Origin: Paraspadella gotoi
Lineage: Eukaryota; Animalia; Chaetognatha
Reading direction: 5' to 3'
Assembly (NCBI GenBank): GCA_051294375.1
Contig: CM119271.1
Span: 4,262,776-4,321,122 of the forward strand
Length of the DNA: 58,347 nucleotides
A program made the position numbers and the translations under genes. Shown in pieces: positions 50,585-58,347 of this stretch. The stretch's first letter is position 1. Every line of letters begins with the position of its first letter. The notes below the pieces were generated by a model, which was not told where the DNA came from, ran no database searches, and saw only the letters and a program-made list of their open reading frames with translations.

Positions 50585-50760
50585 GGGGACGAACCGACGG
50601 ACGAACAGACTTTTTATTTGAACCCATTCTTGACCATGATTTAAATGACATGACCGACCAAAAGTTTGGGGGGGTGTTAGTTTCTTTCCCGACAAGGTCG
50701 GACCGACAAAGTGAATTAATAGAGCCGGAAATCTACTGTAAACAAGATCCGGCTAAAAAA
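50585..50760 (-). mobile_element. Diverged copy of the Helentron-like element
   Basis: GGACCGACAAAGTGAATTAATAGAGCCGGA...AGATCCGGCTAAAAA matches 28456-28512. Confidence 0.45.
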
Positions 50761-50779
50761 TCTGAATAAATCGGAATTT

Positions 50780-53700
50780 AATCGGGCATACTTCCTCTCC
50801 TGCTTCGGTACCTGTCGCTTCGCCTCGTTTCCATATCACACGGTTTTGGCAAATGAATACATGACGTGGATTTCCCGAGTCGATGGCGTCTGGGGTTCTC
50901 GTGCTCATCGTAATGACCGCTCCAGCATTCCAGTAGGACCCTCGACAAGCTCGTACTACGACAACCCCAATGTGCATCAACGCCGAGACCAGATCGGGCC
51001 GCGCGTTTCGCAATTCGAAGATCTGGTCGAGAACTTAAGACGTTAGCGAAGTAGGTCGAGCCGGGCGGGTCGAACTCTGACAGGATAAACTCGATGATTC
51101 GTTGGAAGATTAGACGGACTGGTGTCCGGATCAGGTTTTACGATCTGCGCCGCCCTGCGACTCCGAGGAAGACACCGTAAAACGAAAGCACAGTTCGGTC
51201 TTCGCATGGAGCGCAGGCAGGATTGGTTTCTTGATGATGCAACGCCCGTAGAGCGTTTTCTATTTCCAGGGTTGTGGTTTCCTGTTGTCTGATCGAGTCG
51301 AAAATAGTGGTCACTAACGGAGTGGTCTCAACGAGCAACGGGGCGTCGGTGCTGATCTGGCAGGTCCAATAAATTAGTTCCATCACCTTTAGTTTCGGCG
51401 GCCATCACGGCGCAGGCCTCTCTCTTGGCAGGCCATGTTATGCCGAGAAGCCGACGGCGATCTCGGTGTAGCGCGGGCTCCCACGCCACAAGCTTGAGAT
51501 GGCACCGACGAGAAGATTCGATGGCATTGTATATCCAACAGCAGTGACCACGTCGGGTTCGGAGGTCATGTTCCACAAACTGCACAACTCCGCCTCGGGT
51601 CTCTTCGTCGATCTTTTCCCGGCTAGGGATGGAGCAGCTCGAGAGGTATTTTCGTCGGAGGGGGAAATGAGGGCGACTGCCTTTTGAGTCGGAAAGGGAA
51701 GAGGAGGGGGGAGGTGGGCATTGGGTTCGTCCTCGGAACTTCGGTCGGTTTTGTCAGATTTTCCCATTTTTTTCGGCTTCTGCGATTTCGGACGACACGA
51801 CGACGCCGAGGTCTTCCGGTGGAAACTCTGTCTCCGCCTCGATTTCGCATCCCTGCCGTCGGTCTCCTTCATTTGGGTCTTTGAGGAATTCCCTTCTTCC
51901 CGGTTCCGACGTTTCCGAAGGATCGGGGGCGTACTCGGTGGCAGGACTTCCACTGGCGAAGGAGTTTCAAAAGAGTGAGAAGAGCCATTGCTTGGAATTA
52001 GCCGTGTCGCCGATGGCGTCGCTGGCAAGCCTCGGCCTCTTCGCGCCCTTCGGCCGTCGCGGGGGGGAGACGGTTACGAATCAAGGGCTTCGACATCCTC
52101 CCCAGACTGAAAGGGGAATAGAAGAAAAAGGAAAGGGGGAAGATGGGAAAAGGCTTTTTTTTTTTTGCGTGTGAGACAGATATATATGGGCATAAGAAAT
52201 AGAGATAAAAATACATTCGAGATGTAAAAAGTGGCCGTGTTCATAAAAAAAAAAACCGGTTGGAATTATATATTATTAAATATTTTTTTTACCAAACGAT
52301 AAATTTGTATTCGTCACTTTCACGCACTATTTGTGAGAGTCAAAAAATCGTGAGGACATTTGAACCAAAATTGTGGCTAATAAAGTCACGATCTCCATCG
52401 AAAACGGGATGATTGATTCTCACAACAGTTGAACTGTAATTAGGAACTGAGATTGCTTTGTGGTGTGGACCGTTGTTAAGCGAACTTTTTTAGAGACAAA
52501 ATAAAACCATGGCAATACTTAAACAAATCGTCGATTGAATTTACTCGTTACTTAGTGCAGACAGTTTTTTTCCATAACTGTCATTTCCAATTAACAAGTA
52601 CGTATACAATTGAAAATCTACTAATACTAATAAAACAAATGGGTTAAGTTAACACTAGGCCGAGAATTAGCGTTTGAATCCGACATGGAGCTTTCGCTGA
52701 AAATTTGTTAGTAAAATAGTAAAAATTCACTTTTTATGAAAATATTAGAAGCAGTAATTTTAGCACTTAGATTATAATTCTCAAAAAACATGCTAGTACA
52801 ATGCATAACGTTTCTCACGTATCAAACGCAGCATCTTAACGTTGAACACAAATGAATATAATATTTTTCAGTTAGAGAGATATTCGTAACAATCACGAAG
52901 AGTTTAATAAAACTTTCAAGATATTTTGGGCATTTACGTAATTTTCTATACTTATTTTTATATTGATATCTTAGAATTTATATAAAGAAAAATTAATCAA
53001 AAACTGTTCTTTTTTTACTACATACCAATTTTTATAATTAACCCAAAACAAGTAGGAAAAACACTGCTACGCGTTTAAAAAATTAACGAAAGTCCACGAT
53101 TTCCGTGGGTTTTTACGGAATCTCAAGTAGTCTCAGCTATGCTATCACGAAAGGTTACAAAATATAAAAAAGTAAACTGTAACCAATTTAACTTATCATT
53201 AGTAAAATGCCAATATTACTGCAAAAAAAGCTAAATTAAACGTTCTGTAATTCTTAGAAGTTCGTCTGCCTGTGCCTATTTCTTCCACCCATTCCGTTTT
53301 TTTTTATATTTTTTTTTATTTATTAGAAGTAGAGAGCCTCGCGGAAAATCCGTTTTTGTTCGTTAAGAGGGCAAATTTGAGGTCTGAACAAAAAATTTGA
53401 TATTTGTACCCTGCCAGCGAACAAGTTCGTGATCACTGGGCTATTAATAAGGCCATCGGCCGTGAGTTAGGCCAATCGCTGAGGCGGAACCAATCAGTTC
53501 TCGGTTCGTTCTCGACCAGTTCCAAAACGGGCTCCGCCTGCTTTGAGATATTGCAACGGCGGAGTCACCGGCGGCGGAAGGCTGGGGCCGGCCGCTTCCT
53601 CTGGTCCACGATACCCGCGTCCAAGTTCCGGAGGGTAGGAGCGGCGTTGATTAGCTCTGCTGCAGCGTGCTTGGCGCCGGCGCGGACAATGCCCGCAATC

Positions 53701-55530
53701 CGAAGGAGCGTCCCGCTGGCCACTGTGAAGGACCGACCTTCGTTCCTCTTCTCCTCGCTAAGGACGGGATCCTTGGAATTTTCGTCGTGGGGACCGTGGA
53801 GTGGTGACGGCGTCGTCGGCGTCTTACCCGTTCACCGCTGGTCGCTCCGACGCGCGGCTCGCCTCGTTCGAACGGCCCCTCGCCGCCCCCGCCGGCTTCT
53901 GCGCGCTTACGTGCATCTTGAGCCAGAGGTTGCGTCGAAGAGGCGTCGGGGTGATGTGGCGCATAGGTCGCGCTTCCAATTCGCGATTTCGCTGTTGTAA
54001 TTCAATCTATTCGCCGAGCCAGCTGGCGTCTCCGTCTCCAGGTTTTTCTCCCGAAGCTTGAGGGTTTGTGATACAGCGGATGGCTCCGCGCAGCAACGAA
54101 AGGTTGGAAGCACTATGAGACGTCATCTATTTCCAGTAGCGTCGCGAAGGCTGAGCGAAACAGTCGCGCAGGTATGCGCGGCGACCCTGCTCCAACGGCG
54201 TTGTGGTTTTCGCGCGCGGTCCGTCCCTTGAAGCGGCGCTGAATCTTGGGGTCGCGGGCCGAGACGTCGTCGACGAAGAACGCGACGACGTTTGGGGCCG
54301 AGTCCGGGGATCCGAACGAGGAAAAAGTCGCCGGATTGGGAACAGTACAGTTTTATAAGTACTCGAGGAAAGACTGATATAGAGAATATACCAAACACGC
54401 CGCGTCCACCAAAATATTGAATATTTCATTGCTAATAATTTTTTTTTTTTTTTAACAAGAAAGGTAAGGTTTAAAACGGTAAAAACCTTCTTGGTAGGTG
54501 TTTAGTTTTAGTTTGTTTTTTACATTATATTACGTCTACCTGGTCCTGCAAACATATAATAATGCCAAAATAAAATAATATTATTATAAATTATGAAAGC
54601 GAAAATTTTTTTTCCAAAAGTAAAACAAAACGACTCGACGCCGGGAAAAAAAAATCAAAAAATCAAACTTCAAGTAATATTATGCCAGACTGTTCAGAAG
54701 CTCATCTTCGCAAAAAAAGGGATTTAAAAAGCGTCTCACAAATATTTTACGACGAAAATCGAGTCACACGGTATCGCTCCACATCTTAATAACTGTTTTT
54801 GTCGTCCGACTCGAGTTGGCGCCTGCAACTTCCTCGATGCTCAGTATCATGAGGCGATCGTAATTCCCTTGTTAGTTCCTCGGCTCTGACTCTTTCAGTG
54901 CCGACAGGCTTGCTTCTCGAGTCCTTCGGCCTTTCGCAGCAGCCTCGTCGCGATCCTTCGTGGCGTCGGTGAGCCGAGCGCGGCAGACGTGAGGCTATCG
55001 TCGGAAACGCGGTCACCCGCGCCCGCGGGTCGCCCTCTCAACCACCCGGCGACATCAAACTCTGCGCCGCCTCCGACGCGCTTTTGGCCTGGCCTTCAGC
55101 GCCGCCTCCCTTCCTGCGCACGAGATTTCGCTTTGCTCGGCAATGGGCACCACAGGGACGCCGAATGACGAAGACCAAAAAGAGGGCGAATCCACAGATT
55201 GTAAAGATTGCGTTTGGGCGCAAAGAGTTTTTCATGTGGTATTGCATCTCGGCCGGACAGAGGCCTTCGCGTTGACCGTGCTCGGGCACTCGACCGGCGC
55301 CGATGTTAGTGGCGCCAACCGAACGGACGGTCGTCGAAGGAAGAAGAAGACCACAGAACGCCGACGGAGAATCGGATAATGAGTGGACGTAGATTTGACA
55401 TTGTCTTGACGGCGTTCGACTGAACAGTGGCGTTCCACGGGTAGGGAGAAATGAAAGTAGGAGTCGAAGGATAACCCGGCGATTTCGAGTTAGAGGATCA
55501 GTAGCCACGAGGGTTCCACTGAGAGGACTC
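50780..55530 (-). CDS. Possible multi-exon gene of unknown function, heavily frameshifted (GC-rich blocks at ~55530-54790, ~54340-53410, ~52106-50780)
   Basis: GC-rich exon-like blocks separated by AT-rich intron-like DNA; acceptor-like tattcccctttcag at ~52107; hydrophobic stretch NAIFTICGFALFLVFVI. No continuous frame or recognisable domain could be built. Confidence 0.3.
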
Positions 55531-57590
55531 ACTGGTGTTAGTTTCAAAGATTGGTTTCGTTCTTTGTGACTGATTACGTATAATATTTTTGTATTTGTTT
55601 GCACTGCGAATAAGTTTCCTATGCACAATCTGCTCGATAAAATTCATATTGCTAGTTACCATCATACCGAACAAATTTTTAAAAAGCAAAGAGATAAATT
55701 AAATAAAAAACAAAACTACAAAATGGTACAGAAGTTTGCCGGATTGAACTGCTTCTCCCCTCTTTCTCGGCTTCGTCTCTCTCTTAGGTTAATTTTATTC
55801 TGTTTCTTAAGTCAAACCCCGTCCGCCGATACTCTGACCGCTCCTCCAGGTTATAATGTCCGTGCATCTTCTGGTCGAAAACGTGAGTCGGTTGAAAAAA
55901 TCCTGTGAGACAGTTTGTCATTTGCCTCGTTCTCCGGCCCGACATTTTACCCACATTAAGAGGTGCGCCTTTTGGCAGCATTTCGTAAAAGCGTTCATCT
56001 GTGCGACGCGCAATGTTCCGTCTGAGCGATGCGGCGCATAACCCCGGGCAACGAGAATCTCGATCATCGACCTTGCGCAAAGACTTTGTCGTCCGGATCC
56101 CAAGATTATGCGGACCGCCCGAGTAGTACTTGGGCAGTACGGTCGACTCGTTCTTTCGACATGTCACAAGGAAAAATTTTATATGAGTGGACACTGGGAC
56201 ACGATATCTTGCTGAATACAATGTCAAATAATTTAACGTACAGTGCGCAAATACCAGTATTTTATATTCGAATTGCCCGCCGTAGCGAAAAATGAAGGGA
56301 ACGTAAAATTGAGGAAATACAAAACATTCTTCTCGAGGCCGAGGCGTCCCACCTTTTTTTCAGGGGGGCCGTTTTATTTTATTCTGACTCGCGGAACGGG
56401 TTCATCAAAGTCCGTCAAGGAAACTGATTTCTGTTTGACGGCGGCCCATCGTGTAAGAGTAAATGCGATGACGCCGCGGGAGCGATGCCACGGAAAAAGT
56501 TTCGGACGTACGATGCGTAAGAGTTTTTTGGTACTCGATCGCGGTTGAAAGCCTCATATACAGACTGGATAAGATAAAATTTAGGTACAAGGTTTCTGCA
56601 ACTTAATAAGAAGGGCATTTTCCGTTTTCTAGAGTCGAAGAGGCTCGGCTACGATCTAGGGCCGGCACAGGGGCTGGGCCCATTGGGCGGTCGGTCATTG
56701 GGCTCCGCCTTATCTTTTCTACTAAATTTTCAATAGTTGCTTCGGGCGATTTAGTAGTTTTATCGCAGGTCGCATCATTCTTAAAAAAATTAAAATAAAG
56801 CAGTCAAAATACAAATGTATATGATTTTCTTTTCGACATATCACTCTCGCCAAATTTCCAGATATTACGAAAGTAAAATTTTAACAAAATCTGCCCAAAA
56901 TTCACAAAAAAAAAAAATTAAACGTCAAGCGACAAGACATTCTCTCGCGTACCGGTTTAAAGCGACAACGTCGTCGTACAAAAACTTGCGACAACAATGG
57001 AGTCGCCAAAGGTGAGGAAAGAACAAGTGCGGCAGGAAGAGGCGCAGTGTGACGTCCTCCGGCGAAGGGCCAGCAGACCAAATGCCGCCGAGAGAGCGTC
57101 GCGGAGAGATGGTGCGAAGCGATGGCCACTAAGCCGATAGGACCGAAAAGGGTCGACCCCACGTCTGGTCCTGTTGCTTCACCCGCCGCCAAACTGAAAT
57201 TAACAACGAAGCGCCGAGGAGGGGCAGGAGGCGTTGGAACGGTGGGCGAACCTACCCAATATTCACTACCGTCGGAGAGACGCGGGGATTCGCGACAAGG
57301 GAAAGGATCGATAGTCGATGAAGGAAGAGAACGAACCGACCAAGGACGCCTGGCCAGCAGCGATGAACAGACGTCAGAAAGAAAGGGAAATACGCCGCCA
57401 ACTCGAAAACGCCCGATGAGGGGTGAGAAAGGTTGTCGGCTGCTGGCGAACCGGTGAGAGAGAGAATTAGATGTCGACGACAGAAAAACGTCGGCGACCA
57501 AGGACAAACATCAAAATTAAACGTTCACGGCTCGAAAAAGCATTGAATCTCTCTTCTTTTTTTTTNNNNNNNNNNNNNNNNNNNNNNNNN

Positions 57591-58151
57591 TGGTTTCCTT
57601 TAGCTTTTTCTTACCAGTTCTTTGCATTTACGTTGATAATTTGATTAAACTTTAACGCTATCCCGCTTTTGGATCCTCATATCTATATTATTAATGTTAA
57701 AGTTAAAGTCAAAACGAAATAAAACATCTTTTCCTCTTTCAGTGACTTTAACGNNNNNNNNNNNNNNNNNNNNNNNNNNNNNNNNNNNNNNNNNNNNNNN
57801 NNNNNNNNNNNNNNNNNNNNNNNNNNNNNNNNNNNNNNNNNNNNNNNNNNNNNNNNNNNNNNNNNNNNNNNNNNNNNNNNNNNNNNNNNNNNNNNNNNNN
57901 NNNNNNNNNNNNNNNNNNNNNNNNNNNNNNNNNNNNNNNNNNNNNNNNNNNNNNNNNNNNNNNNNNNNNNNNNNNNNNNNNNNNNNNNNNNNNNNNNNNN
58001 NNNNNNNNNNNNNNNNNNNNNNNNNNNNNNNNNNNNNNNNNNNNNNNNNNNNNNNNNNNNNNNNNNNNNNNNNACCAACCTGCATAATCGTTCTCCTTAT
58101 CGGCGCCGTTGACACAAGACTCGGAGTCAATCATTTCTCTTTCTTTAACGA

Positions 58152-58185
<34 letters not shown>

Positions 58186-58347
58186 CCAGAGTTTCGATGG
58201 ACTCGGATCTCATCATTTTTTTTCAGGACAAGAACTTCCCTTCTTCTTTTTCTCTTTCTTTTTTCCATTTCTTTTTTTAGTATTCCATACATCACGTCGA
58301 TGGAACCAAGAAATAAGAGATCCAATCAGGATTTAGAAGAAAAAAAA
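57591..58347 (+). repeat. Gapped duplicate of ~47604-48190
   Basis: TGGTTTCCTTTAGC..., GACTCGGAGTCAATCATTTCTCT and CGATGGACTCG.ATCTCATCATTTTTTTTCAGG are shared. Confidence 0.8.

Overview
Eukaryotic (animal, probably invertebrate) genomic DNA from a gapped, indel-noisy assembly rich in (AG)n, (GAC)n and (AAT)n microsatellites. Most listed ORFs are microsatellite or antisense noise, so genes were rebuilt by hand from GT-AG boundaries and exon phases. (1) A 6-exon + strand gene (20696-29017, about 539 aa) encodes an unrecognised type I membrane protein with a signal peptide, Cys-containing ectodomain, Thr-rich stalk, TM helix and an acidic Tyr-motif tail. (2) Nested antisense inside its intron 4 is a complete 3-exon gene (27232-23429) for an N-terminally anchored HHxxxDG condensation-domain/alcohol-acetyltransferase-like acyltransferase with a repetitive Ser/Arg insertion. 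(3) The glial PRD-class homeobox gene repo lies on the minus strand (about 46427-34336, about 14 coding exons), converging on gene 1, with tandem GCM-consensus sites in its first intron. Introns carry a Penelope-type minimal hammerhead ribozyme inside a 180-bp foldback, a second degenerate hammerhead, two tRNA-derived SINE-like elements and Helentron-like elements. Much of the window occurs twice (6300-14310 vs 19610-27560; 27385-31857 vs 31897-36680; several inverted copies). This most likely reflects uncollapsed haplotypes, since the copies differ by a micro-inversion and indels as well as single-base noise. 44250-45995 and 48350-57500 are noisy and only weakly interpretable.
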